Part shown: in pieces, positions 9,726-18,003 of the stretch
How positions within the stretch are numbered: position 1 is the stretch's first letter
How the letters are laid out: every line of letters starts with the position of its first letter
Assembly (NCBI GenBank): GCA_018898455.1
Contig: JAHIJO010000014.1
Coordinates: 1,560 to 65,559 of the forward strand
Length of the DNA stretch: 64,000 nucleotides
From: Verrucomicrobiota bacterium
GTDB lineage: Bacteria > Verrucomicrobiota > Kiritimatiellia > JAAZAB01
Direction: 5' to 3'
Notes under the pieces: generated by a model
Told to the model about the DNA's origin: nothing
Databases searched by the model: none
The model's input: the letters and a program-made list of their open reading frames with translations, nothing else
Translations under genes and position numbers: made by a program

Positions 9726-10606
9726 CCCCACGAATTCAGGACAACCACGAATGCTGCAACCGGCAGAACTACTCCTTCTTCGTTGAATACGTCATCTTGA
9801 CGTCGAGTTGTTTCTTGCCGAAATTGACAATCATTCCCCATGACACATGGAGTAGCCGGATATAGGTCTGCATGATGGCACGATCGGCGGCGCGAATGCT
9901 TTCGTGAAGCGCCAGGATGATCGCAGCGCCATGGTCCCCTATCTTCATGCAGTCCAAAAGTGTGTGTCCCAGGGTGTATTCTCCTGAAGCCACATCCGTT
10001 TCGGGATTAAGATGGAAAGATACACCTTTCATCCGAAGATCGGCGGACAGTAAGCCTCGATAGGTTGTATCCCGATATCCCAAGCCATACTCTAAATAAA
10101 TTTGGCGTATAGATTCTGTGCAACCGTCCAGCATGGTTTTTTCAGGACAAGCCTCAAGAACTATGGGTAAAGTATCAAGGACATCGTTGTTTGCCCGATC
10201 AGGAGCGTCAAAGATAACGCGTTTTCGTACTAAGCTCTCTTTGCCAAAGTCAATGAGCCAGCCCGTTCTAATTGCCCAGAACTTCTGATAACACATCAGT
10301 TGCGCGTAATGTTCGGGTGCCAGGGGGCCGCGCAACGCTTTTAACTCCAGCACCAGTTTCCCTTCGACAATTAAATCCCCCTCAAATTCGTCGGCGACAA
10401 TGCCGTGGTGCTTCAATTGCCCCTTCGGCTTGAATTGATGCTCAATTCCCTTCGCGGCCAATTTATCCGCCAATAAACGGTGATAGAAGATTTCGTCCAA
10501 GCCAGGCCCAAGTTCCCGATGGACAGCCATCGCCTGTCCTATGACGGCATAGCTCAACTTATCTTCGCCCGCTTTCATCATTCGTGGTTGTCCTGAATTC
10601 GTGGGG
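9726..10606 (-). mobile_element. Inverted-repeat-bounded GxxExxY cassette 1
   Basis: Perfect 28-bp inverted repeats CCCCACGAATTCAGGACAACCACGAATG (9726-9753) and CATTCGTGGTTGTCCTGAATTCGTGGGG (10579-10606) enclose only the GxxExxY gene. Confidence 0.7.
9769..10581 (-). CDS. GxxExxY (PDDEXK_3) nuclease-family protein with a tandem duplicated domain
   Basis: LGPGLDEIFY, DLIVEGKLVLELKA, then a degenerate second copy YGLGYRDTTY...GMIVNFG; the start ATG lies in the inner end of the IR arm. Confidence 0.85.
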   Translation of the reverse strand: MMKAGEDKLSYAVIGQAMAVHRELGPGLDEIFYHRLLADKLAAKGIEHQFKPKGQLKHHGIVADEFEGDLIVEGKLVLELKALRGPLAPEHYAQLMCYQKFWAIRTGWLIDFGKESLVRKRVIFDAPDRANNDVLDTLPIVLEACPEKTMLDGCTESIRQIYLEYGLGYRDTTYRGLLSADLRMKGVSFHLNPETDVASGEYTLGHTLLDCMKIGDHGAAIILALHESIRAADRAIMQTYIRLLHVSWGMIVNFGKKQLDVKMTYSTKKE

Positions 10607-10657
10607 GGGGATATCTTCATTCTTTGTCCGGTCAGCATGCCTTGCTGCGTATGATTG

Positions 10658-11530
10658 TCACGAGCGGTCCAAGTTGTTCGAGCTTATTTCAAAATATCGT
10701 TCCATCGCGGACAGCCCCTCGGGGGTGCCCATGTCCAGGAGCGGCGGTGGAACGGGGAAGGCACGCAACTGGCCTTGCGCCGCCAGTTCGGGAAAGATGT
10801 CCGTTTCGAGCGATATCTTCTTGCCGACTGCGAACGGGGCCAGGGCCTTCTTGTCCATCAGATAGGCGCCACCATTGACCCATCCTTCCTGGCGCTCCGC
10901 CTTTTCATGGAATGCGCTGATCCTGCGATCCGGATCGAATTCAATCGTTCCATAGCGGCCGGTTTCACGAATTGTGGTCACGGCAAGGCTCGCGAGTGGG
11001 CCAGCCTGCTCATGGGCTTGTCGAAATGCCGCGAAATCCAGATGGGGCAGGAACGAATCGCCGTTCAACACCAGGAATGGATCGGAGCGAATGTGTTTTT
11101 CCACGTGTTTCAGTCCTCCGCCGGTGCCCAGGGGCGAGGGTTCGGCGGAGAAAGAAAGCGAGAGATCAGAGGAGAAAGGAAAAAAAATAGCCTTGCTGAT
11201 GCGAAATAATTGCCCGTGAATTCCATCGGTCTTTTTGCTGATTTCTGACCCACCTTCGCCCCTTGACGGCTGGCTATGGCGGGCGAGCCTCTGACCTCTG
11301 ACTTCTGATTTCTGACTTCTAGCTTCTGCCGGGCACAGCCATTCTTGAATGGCTTCGCTCATATGGCCGGAGGCCAGATGGATATCGCGCACCCCGCCTT
11401 GGCTCAGCCAAGCCAACTGATGCTCCAGGAACGGTATTCCGGCGACCGGGATAAGGGCCTTCGGCCGATCCGGATATAACCGGCTGATGCGGATTCCTTT
11501 GCCGCCAACAAGAATGATCGCTTGAACCAT
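10658..11530 (-). CDS. Sugar-1-phosphate nucleotidyltransferase (HddC-like) with an in-frame insertion of about 50 aa
   Basis: ILVGGKGIR, PKALIPVAG, EPSPLGTGG, LNGDS and DMGTPE motifs; extra low-complexity segment EARSQKSEVRGQR...FPFSSD. Confidence 0.85.
   Translation of the reverse strand: MVQAIILVGGKGIRISRLYPDRPKALIPVAGIPFLEHQLAWLSQGGVRDIHLASGHMSEAIQEWLCPAEARSQKSEVRGQRLARHSQPSRGEGGSEISKKTDGIHGQLFRISKAIFFPFSSDLSLSFSAEPSPLGTGGGLKHVEKHIRSDPFLVLNGDSFLPHLDFAAFRQAHEQAGPLASLAVTTIRETGRYGTIEFDPDRRISAFHEKAERQEGWVNGGAYLMDKKALAPFAVGKKISLETDIFPELAAQGQLRAFPVPPPLLDMGTPEGLSAMERYFEISSNNLDRS
11161..11328. repeat. In-frame palindromic insertion built from heptamer repeats, with a nested hairpin
   Basis: CCTCTGA CCTCTGA CTTCTGA TTTCTGA CTTCTAG CTTCTG (11288-11328) is complementary to AGAGATCAGAGG (11161-11172); nested CCACCTTCGCC...GGCTATGGCGGG at about 11250-11283. 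Confidence 0.7.
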
Positions 11531-11540
11531 GACGCTTCAG

Positions 11541-11568
11541 ATAATATACTTATATGCCTTTTTGTCAA
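11541..11568 (-). promoter_or_regulatory. sigma70-type promoter of the nucleotidyltransferase gene
   Basis: Minus strand TTGACA-16 nt-TATTAT, 10 nt upstream of the ATG at 11530. Confidence 0.6.
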
Positions 11569-11605
11569 AAAGGGATTTCACGCGGATTAATTGCCTCCAA
11601 AGCTT

Positions 11606-12634
11606 ATGGCAGATGCTAACAGACCCGATCTTTCGGTTGTGATCCCGACACTGGGCCGTCCTTTTGTCGTCCGCACGCTGACGTCCTTGGCGGCAGCTCA
11701 TGGATTTTCGAAACTGGAAATCCTCCTGATCGGCAAGATTCCGGATGTTTCTGTGGCCGAGCGGGTGCGGGCCATTTCGATGCAGTATCCGCAGATTCGC
11801 CATATCGCTGTTTCGTTTGAGACCGGCGATTCCAGCGAAAAGAAGAATGCCGGCCTTCGGGCAGCGAGCGCGGATATCGTGGCGTTTCTTGATGACGACG
11901 TCATCGTGGCGCCGGACTGGGCAGAAAAAATACTGACGCCGTTTTCACAGCCTGATGTCGGATTGGTCAGCGGTCCCAGCCTGGTGCCCGCTGATATCCC
12001 GTTGCCGGGGCGTCTGGCCGGCCTGGCGCTGTCGTCATATGCGGCCGGTTACGTTGCCCGGCGCTACCTGCGACAACAGGAGGGGCCGCATGCCGCCACC
12101 TGGTCGCAGATTATCGGCTGTAATATGGTTTACCGGAAATCCGTGCTGATTGACATCGGTGGGTTCAATCCGAGATTCTGGCCCGGGGAGGAAATGATCG
12201 CGTCGTATCGGACGGCTCAGCGCGGCTATCGGATTATTTTTCATCCGCAGGCCTGTGTCGACCATTATCCCCGGACATCGGTGATGGGCTTTATGCGTCA
12301 GATGTTTGGATACGGGGCCACGCGCATTCGGCTTATCCGGGCGGGCGTTACATTGGAACCGATGACGCTGATTCCCGGGCTATGGTTGTTGTCGTTGGTG
12401 ATATTGCTGCCGGGGGCCTGGGTCTCGTATTGGGTTGCGATGTTGCTGGCGGTCAACATTGGAGCTTACGCCCTGATCGATATCGCCATAACCATGATGA
12501 AGGTAATGGCCACCCGCCGCGCGATTGACCTATTGCTATTGGGCTACATTCCGCTCATGCACTTGAGTTACGGACTGGGGGAATGGATAGAATTGCTGAT
12601 GCCAGGCCGGGATTTGAGCGAGCAACGCGGTTAG
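11606..12634 (+). CDS. Family 2 glycosyltransferase with C-terminal membrane segments
   Basis: LSVVIPT, AFLDDD, IGCNM and GGFNPRF..GEE motifs; hydrophobic C-terminus. Confidence 0.9.
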   Translation: MADANRPDLSVVIPTLGRPFVVRTLTSLAAAHGFSKLEILLIGKIPDVSVAERVRAISMQYPQIRHIAVSFETGDSSEKKNAGLRAASADIVAFLDDDVIVAPDWAEKILTPFSQPDVGLVSGPSLVPADIPLPGRLAGLALSSYAAGYVARRYLRQQEGPHAATWSQIIGCNMVYRKSVLIDIGGFNPRFWPGEEMIASYRTAQRGYRIIFHPQACVDHYPRTSVMGFMRQMFGYGATRIRLIRAGVTLEPMTLIPGLWLLSLVILLPGAWVSYWVAMLLAVNIGAYALIDIAITMMKVMATRRAIDLLLLGYIPLMHLSYGLGEWIELLMPGRDLSEQRG

Positions 12635-12641
12635 CCCGGGA

Positions 12642-12854
12642 TTATTCCGTTGATTTTGTCATTATCCCATGATGGGCCGAAAGGGGTAATCGCATTCCGG
12701 CAAAGACGCCATGGGAATACTCGTCACGGTCTTCGCTATTGGATGTCTGGGCCTGGGTCAGCCAATGGTTCCACCAGCGCGTCAATTCTTCATGAGACAG
12801 ATGGCGGATATCCAAATCCTCTTCGCTGAGAAATTCATCTGCGACGGGAATCAT
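12642..12854 (-). CDS. Small acidic hypothetical protein, partner of the upstream nucleotidyltransferase-like gene
   Basis: ATGA overlap with the upstream stop at 12851-12854; MIPVADEFLSEEDLDI...YSHGVF. Confidence 0.6.
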   Translation of the reverse strand: MIPVADEFLSEEDLDIRHLSHEELTRWWNHWLTQAQTSNSEDRDEYSHGVFAGMRLPLSAHHGIMTKSTE

Positions 12855-13654
12855 GGCATTGCCTCCGGCAAAGGATTGAAAGGCAATAGAGACACAGCGT
12901 GTTGAGCAAGAAGGTTGTGCGCTTTGGTCAAAGGCATGGCTTGGCATTCCTCTTGCAGTTTCGGCCAGGCATTCAGCCATGCTTGAGCGGCGTCACGATA
13001 AACCGATAGTCTTTTCTCGTTGGCATGGATCAATGCCCGGCGTTCGGCGTCCAGCTTTTCCTCAAGGCGCTCACGACCCTCTGATATTGCGGCCAGTATA
13101 GGACGTTGAGAAATGAGCCGGTTTGCCAAATCCGGGTTCAGGGCCGCCAGCTCGATTAAGTCCCCCGCGCTTCGGGAGAAAATCAGTTGGTCGGCGGGAT
13201 CGTCCATGCGCCGCGCAATTTCCCCGATGATGACATAATCTTTTTCCCGATTGGTCTGTTTGATTTTTGCCAGTTGTTTCAGACTGACGACCGGGATGTC
13301 TTGGGTAGCGGCAGTGTTCCAGAGATTCTGGAGTTCCGGCGATGACAAGCGGGGTGGATGCGAGAAGAAATCAGTACGAACACGTAATTCCTGATATGGA
13401 AACTCAAAATGGGAACTCCAACCATGCGCCAGCCAGCGGATATCCAGCGGCGCTCCAAACCGATAATGGGCACCGTGTTGCTCCAGCACGGACAACACAT
13501 GACGACAGGTATCTTCATCATTATGCAGGATCCAATCGCCGTCCTTGCTCATGATCGCAATGCGATGCAGGACCGCGGCCTGCCCTGAGCAAATCACGGT
13601 TCTCAGTTTGCCGCGATTGAATTCTTCGGTCAATCGGATATAGATATTTTCCAT
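12851..13654 (-). CDS. Putative nucleotidyltransferase-fold protein (toxin-antitoxin-like)
   Basis: SGQAAVLH..AIMSKDGDW (G..DxD), RTDFF and KQTNREKDY motifs. Confidence 0.55.
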   Translation of the reverse strand: MENIYIRLTEEFNRGKLRTVICSGQAAVLHRIAIMSKDGDWILHNDEDTCRHVLSVLEQHGAHYRFGAPLDIRWLAHGWSSHFEFPYQELRVRTDFFSHPPRLSSPELQNLWNTAATQDIPVVSLKQLAKIKQTNREKDYVIIGEIARRMDDPADQLIFSRSAGDLIELAALNPDLANRLISQRPILAAISEGRERLEEKLDAERRALIHANEKRLSVYRDAAQAWLNAWPKLQEECQAMPLTKAHNLLAQHAVSLLPFNPLPEAMP

Positions 13655-13679
13655 GAACACCCTGTCCTGCTAATAAATC

Positions 13680-14981
13680 TTAAATCGGAGCATCCGATTT
13701 GCGGCTTTGCGACTTCACAATCAGAGCAATCCCGGCGCCCAGACAGATCATAATGCCGAGCCATTGCCAGATTAATTGCCTTTTGTCCGGGGCGTATTTC
13801 AACATGACTTCGTGTAATCCCGGCGATGGCACCAGGATTCCCTGGCAAATGAAATCCACCCGCCTGACCGGAACCGGTTCCCCATCAATCCAGGCATGCC
13901 AGTCGCGATCGTATTTTTCCGAAACTCGCAGTATGGACGGGCCATCGGATGAAACCTTGAGTTTCATGTAACCAGGCTTGTATTCAATCAGTTGGACTTG
14001 GCCGACAATCCCGCGGCCGTCCGTCGCCGGCAATCCGGCGACGGATTCGGGGGCCACCAAGACTTTTTCAAAAGGCACAAAGTCGCGCGCGCCCAGCCGG
14101 CGGAGCGCCTCGTCGTCCCCGACTTCCTGCCAACCGGCGATCAGCGCAAAGCGGGGGGCGGGCTTTTTCAGGCGCAGGATCGCGTGCTGGCCCGGCGTGC
14201 TGGGCGTGGCCGGAATGACCTTGACCCCCATTTCCGCCGGCGTCACATTGTAGGCATAAACAAGGTCAAAAGCGTCCTTCATGGCCGGGTCGTTTTGGAT
14301 CTGGCCCCAAACCTGGGACGGCGCCAGAACATAGCCGACGGCCGAGAGTTGCCAATACCTAAGCGCGTGTCCCCCGACGGCTTCCAGGTAGCGTTTGTAG
14401 TCCGCCGGCATCCGCGGCATCTGGGTCACATTCATGGTAAGAATGTGATAATAAGGAAACACATAGGTCAGCCAGAAATTGTAGAATCCATCCTGCGATA
14501 CCAAGGCCACGCGGTGTTCCGGCATATCGGACTTTAATATCCGGATAACGTCATTTTCTTCGAACACCGACATGGGCATGGTTTTGATATAGTGACGGGA
14601 GAGCCAGAGGGCGTCGCCGGCAACGATCAGGACCAGTATCCAAGCCGGTGCCCGGCGCCACATCGAAGCGCGCCTGAGGGGGGATGTAAGAATCCACAGG
14701 CATACGCCTGCGGCCAAAGTCATGAGCGCGGCATGCCATAAAGCCGTCACTTTGTTGCCGACAATTATTGCGGCATACGATCCCCAGCCCTGGGAGTTCA
14801 TCAGGGCCGTTTCCTCGCGAACGGCGCCGGTTTGCATCAGGGCCCAGAGGGCCAGTAGCCCCCCCAGGATGAACACCCCGGTGACAAAATGCCGGACCCA
14901 GCGTGGGATTGTCGTTACCAGGGTATCGAACGCCGGAGCTGACTTTTTCGTTGAAGGCTCAGGTTGTTTCTGTTTCTTCAT
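13680..14981 (-). CDS. YfhO-like membrane protein, C-terminal part
   Basis: TM segments, then LRVSEKYDRDWHAWIDGEPVPVRRVDFICQGILVPSPGLHEVMLKY and a final TM, the typical YfhO C-terminus. Confidence 0.75.
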   Translation of the reverse strand: MKKQKQPEPSTKKSAPAFDTLVTTIPRWVRHFVTGVFILGGLLALWALMQTGAVREETALMNSQGWGSYAAIIVGNKVTALWHAALMTLAAGVCLWILTSPLRRASMWRRAPAWILVLIVAGDALWLSRHYIKTMPMSVFEENDVIRILKSDMPEHRVALVSQDGFYNFWLTYVFPYYHILTMNVTQMPRMPADYKRYLEAVGGHALRYWQLSAVGYVLAPSQVWGQIQNDPAMKDAFDLVYAYNVTPAEMGVKVIPATPSTPGQHAILRLKKPAPRFALIAGWQEVGDDEALRRLGARDFVPFEKVLVAPESVAGLPATDGRGIVGQVQLIEYKPGYMKLKVSSDGPSILRVSEKYDRDWHAWIDGEPVPVRRVDFICQGILVPSPGLHEVMLKYAPDKRQLIWQWLGIMICLGAGIALIVKSQSRKSDAPI

Positions 14982-15074
14982 GAAGAGATTGGCCCGCGAA
15001 ACACGCGAAAGGACCGTGAATATAAATACCTGAAAATTGCACGGAGGCGTGCAATTTTCACCCTCCGGGCCGTC

Positions 15075-15100
15075 GTAACCCCGCATTAATGCGGGGTTAC
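15075..15100. repeat. Perfect 26-bp palindrome inside cassette 2
   Basis: GTAACCCCGCATTAATGCGGGGTTAC. Confidence 0.8.
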
Positions 15101-15144
15101 AAGGGGTTAACCACTTGCGTTTAGCGTATAACCCATTGGGTTAT

Positions 15145-15226
15145 CCGCCCAACGCGACGTCTTTTCGCCAATGCCTTGTCAGCATTGACGAAAAGTGAAT
15201 ATTGCGCAATTTTCGCGCAATATTCA
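15145..15226. repeat. Double-hairpin dispersed repeat, copy 1
   Basis: CGCGACGT followed by stems 15161-15195 and 15196-15226; second copy at 21374-21452. Confidence 0.75.
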
Positions 15227-15238
15227 GGAAATACATAG

Positions 15239-15646
15239 TTAACTTGATATGCTTATCATTTTTTTTCTTGTATTTGCCAGCCGTTCCCATTCCAGCTTGG
15301 GATAATGTCCGAAATTAACCAGTAAGCCGAGCTTAAAGCCAGTCGCTTGGAGATAATTGATTACTTGCGCTCTGTGCTCGTCGGTTAGTTGAGAAACGGC
15401 TTTAATTTCCGCAATTATTTTTTCGTAACAAATAAAATCAGGTTCGTAAGCGTGTTTGAGACGGCGTCCTTTGTATTCCAGAGCAAGCGTTTTCTGGGAG
15501 ACAAAAGGCATGCCTAGTAGCTCGAATTCTATTTCGAGGCATTCCTGATAAACAGGCTCAAGAAATCCGCATCCCTTATTTCCATAAACCTCAAGACATG
15601 CGCCCACAACCTTAAACGCTTCCTCTCTATATATCAGGTTATCCAT
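15239..15646 (-). CDS. GxxExxY (PDDEXK_3) nuclease-family protein
   Basis: KGCGFLEPVYQECL, PDFICYEKIIAEIKA, QVINYL and GLLVNFG motifs; the ATG at 15646 directly follows the IR arm. Confidence 0.92.
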   Translation of the reverse strand: MDNLIYREEAFKVVGACLEVYGNKGCGFLEPVYQECLEIEFELLGMPFVSQKTLALEYKGRRLKHAYEPDFICYEKIIAEIKAVSQLTDEHRAQVINYLQATGFKLGLLVNFGHYPKLEWERLANTRKKMISISS

Positions 15647-15666
15647 ATTCGCGTTCGTTTCGCGGG

Positions 15667-16980
15667 CTACATTCTTATCTTGCCTTTCCATCTGCAGAGC
15701 AATCCGTCCAATCCATACGCCGCCAGGATACCCAGCGCCAACTGGAATATATGTAAAAACTTGTTCGGATTACGAATGGACGACACCATCGGCAATTTGT
15801 AAAACAAGGCATACAGAGGAAAGAACTTCCCAAACGCCAGCAACAACGTAACCACCGCCACACATCCCCAGAAAATAATCTCCGCTCTCCGCTCCGCATC
15901 TTCCGTGTCATTCGGTGTGTTCCGCGGGTCATTGCGATTCCTGATTCCGGCCGTCGCCATCAGGACGGCAAACAATGCCAGCAGAATGGGAATAGCGCCG
16001 AGATACTGGTTCTCCAGCTTAAAATTCATGAACCCCTGCCGGGTTTGTTCCCACCCTGCCGAACGTCCCATCCGCCCCCAGTACGGACCCGCCGGTTCAC
16101 CACTGCGCCAGCCCATATAGCCCGGGGCGATAAAATCAATGCATTCATCCGGCGGCCAGCTCCATTGCGTCGCGAAATCCCAATTTGCCTTGGGCGATTC
16201 AGTCTGCATACTGACCGCACCCTTGACATTAAATGCATAACTACTGAGCGTTGAGGACGCGGAAATTAACAGGCCAATCCCACCCATTAAGCTGAGAGCA
16301 ATCGCCGATTTTACCCAAGTGCCATTTGCCCGCCCTTGCCGAACAGCCAGGAACAAAGCATAGGCGCCCAGGATAAAGCCGAAAAAAAGGGCCACATCCG
16401 GTTGTTCGAGGAACATGAACCCGATGGCGCCGCCTGCCAGAATGCCCCAAAGCAGACTCGGTTGCCGGGCTAAAGCGCGCGAAATGCAATACAAAGCCAC
16501 ACTGGCCAGCATCAGCACTCCATATTTCCCGAGATGGCCGGCATACGTCAGGGTCAAATTACTACCCAGCCAGAAGGCGGTCAGCAGCCCCAACGCGATG
16601 GATGCCCATCCGGCTTTCTGTTCCCGCATAAACAACACGGAAAAAAATGAGGCAATAATAAGATCAAGAGCATGAACCCAGTTGATATACATCTTGACCG
16701 GCAGGAGCCAGACCAGAAGATAAGCCCATGAATGCGGCATAAACTTGCCCCCATTGCCCAGATAAGGCGTATCGCCCCACGCCCCGAAAAAGGCTTGCGG
16801 CAAAATAGATTTGGATCCTGCGACGCTCCCGATATTGTCGTCCGTGGAAAACAGACAACAGTCCGGGGCCAGGATTTGACGGAACATCAGGAGCGCAAAG
16901 CCGATGAGCGCCAAGGCCATGAGCCATGTCGCCCCGCGACCTGTTGATTCGTTGCTGCGATGCTGGGTTACTTGGTCCAT
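15667..16980 (-). CDS. YfhO-like (GT-C-type) membrane protein, N-terminal part
   Basis: Many TM helices; AGHLGK, ATQWSWPP, YWG, QYLGAI and IRNPNKFL motifs; ends at the first base of the IR arm. Confidence 0.75.
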   Translation of the reverse strand: MDQVTQHRSNESTGRGATWLMALALIGFALLMFRQILAPDCCLFSTDDNIGSVAGSKSILPQAFFGAWGDTPYLGNGGKFMPHSWAYLLVWLLPVKMYINWVHALDLIIASFFSVLFMREQKAGWASIALGLLTAFWLGSNLTLTYAGHLGKYGVLMLASVALYCISRALARQPSLLWGILAGGAIGFMFLEQPDVALFFGFILGAYALFLAVRQGRANGTWVKSAIALSLMGGIGLLISASSTLSSYAFNVKGAVSMQTESPKANWDFATQWSWPPDECIDFIAPGYMGWRSGEPAGPYWGRMGRSAGWEQTRQGFMNFKLENQYLGAIPILLALFAVLMATAGIRNRNDPRNTPNDTEDAERRAEIIFWGCVAVVTLLLAFGKFFPLYALFYKLPMVSSIRNPNKFLHIFQLALGILAAYGLDGLLCRWKGKIRM

Positions 16981-17093
16981 ACAGCCAGACAATCAATGAG
17001 TTTTCTAACTGTGCAATTCCTATGCATCAGGTGAGAACCTACGATATTTATCTGCGGGGAACAAGCACAACCCGGTAATTCTTGAAATATCGT

Positions 17094-17230
17094 AGTTACA
17101 GGGGGAATTTGGTGCAACCGAGTTGGGCAGAGGGCTTCAGTTGTAGCGGCCGTTCGACAGAACGGCAATCCGCGGTTCTCCCCACTCGGAGCGGGACAAG
17201 CTCGAACCGCATCTACACCCCCCTGTAACT
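17094..17230. repeat. GTAG-type REP doublet with a nested insert, inside a 12-bp outer inverted repeat
   Basis: AGTTACAGGGGG / CCCCCTGTAACT outer IR; inner TGTAGCGGCCGTTCGACAGAACGGC...GCGGTTCTC[..]CTCGAACCGCATCTACA; 27/30 match to 63970-63999. Confidence 0.7.
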
Positions 17231-17396
17231 CTGAGGCATTACTCTTGCTCATCAGGCAGGCTTGCTTTTACCGCCACCTTCCCCTACAATCATGAGTTCT
17301 GACATCATGGAAACAGTTTCTTATGCTGGACGGGGAATTTCTCCCTGGGGGAGGCCTTGCCTTGCCTATTCATGGCGATTTAATGAAAGAAAAAAT

Positions 17397-17963
17397 ATGA
17401 ACGAATCATATATCGAGAGACTGCGTGTTCTCCACGAAGTGCTTTTGGGACTGCAGGTAACTAACGGACGCGGTTCCAGGTTGGATCCGGCAACGGGCTT
17501 TAACAGACTGCTTCAATTGACCCTCGATGCCAGAAAGAAGCATAGCGCCATTTTTTTGGTCGGCAATGGCGCCAGCGCCTCAATGGCCAGCCATATTGCG
17601 GCGGATCTTTGTAAAAATGCCGACCTGAACACGGAAGTGTTTTCTGATTTCTCGCTGCTGACGGCTGTTGCCAATGATGTCGGCTCCGATCATCTCTATG
17701 CGGTGCCTTTAAAACGCCGGGCGAAAGCAAACGACATCCTGGTTGCCATAAGCAGTTCTGGTAAATCGCGGAATATATTGGAGTCGGTTCGCATGGGCCG
17801 CAAGATGGGGGTGAAAGTGATTACGTTTTCGGCAATGAGCATTAATAATCCCTTGCGTAAAACGGGCGATCTGAATTTTTATATAAGGGCCGGTTCATAT
17901 GGGCTGGCCGAATCCGCTCATGCGGTTTTGCTGCATTACTGGGTTGATATGCTTTCTCGTTGA
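17397..17963 (+). CDS. gmhA: SIS-domain phosphoheptose isomerase (GmhA-like)
   Basis: GNGASASMASH, LTAVAND and ISSSGKSRN motifs. Confidence 0.75.
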   Translation: MNESYIERLRVLHEVLLGLQVTNGRGSRLDPATGFNRLLQLTLDARKKHSAIFLVGNGASASMASHIAADLCKNADLNTEVFSDFSLLTAVANDVGSDHLYAVPLKRRAKANDILVAISSSGKSRNILESVRMGRKMGVKVITFSAMSINNPLRKTGDLNFYIRAGSYGLAESAHAVLLHYWVDMLSR

Positions 17964-18003
17964 ATAGGTGATTATCCGGACAGCTTATCCAGGATGTTCG
18001 ATA

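Larger units (their letters stand above)
14992..15667 (-). mobile_element. Inverted-repeat-bounded GxxExxY cassette 2, interrupting the YfhO-like gene
   Basis: Minus-strand arms GCCCGCGAAACGAACGCGAAT (15667-15647) and ATTCACGGTCCTTTCGCGTGTTTCGCGGGC (15021-14992); removing it fuses the flanking ORFs in frame. Confidence 0.7.

Noticed and set aside
9726-10606. Classical IS element
   Set aside because: IRs are present, but the ORF is PD-(D/E)XK rather than a DDE, HUH or recombinase transposase, and no target duplication is visible; kept as a non-classical cassette.
14982-15086. ORF-track N-terminal extension MRGYDGPEG...SRVSRA of the YfhO C-half
   Set aside because: It is translated through the cassette palindrome and right IR arm, so it is unlikely to be native coding sequence.
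14992-15667. Group I or group II intron
   Set aside because: No GUGYG...AY ends, no domain V, no recognisable P/Q/R/S elements and no RT or LAGLIDADG ORF.
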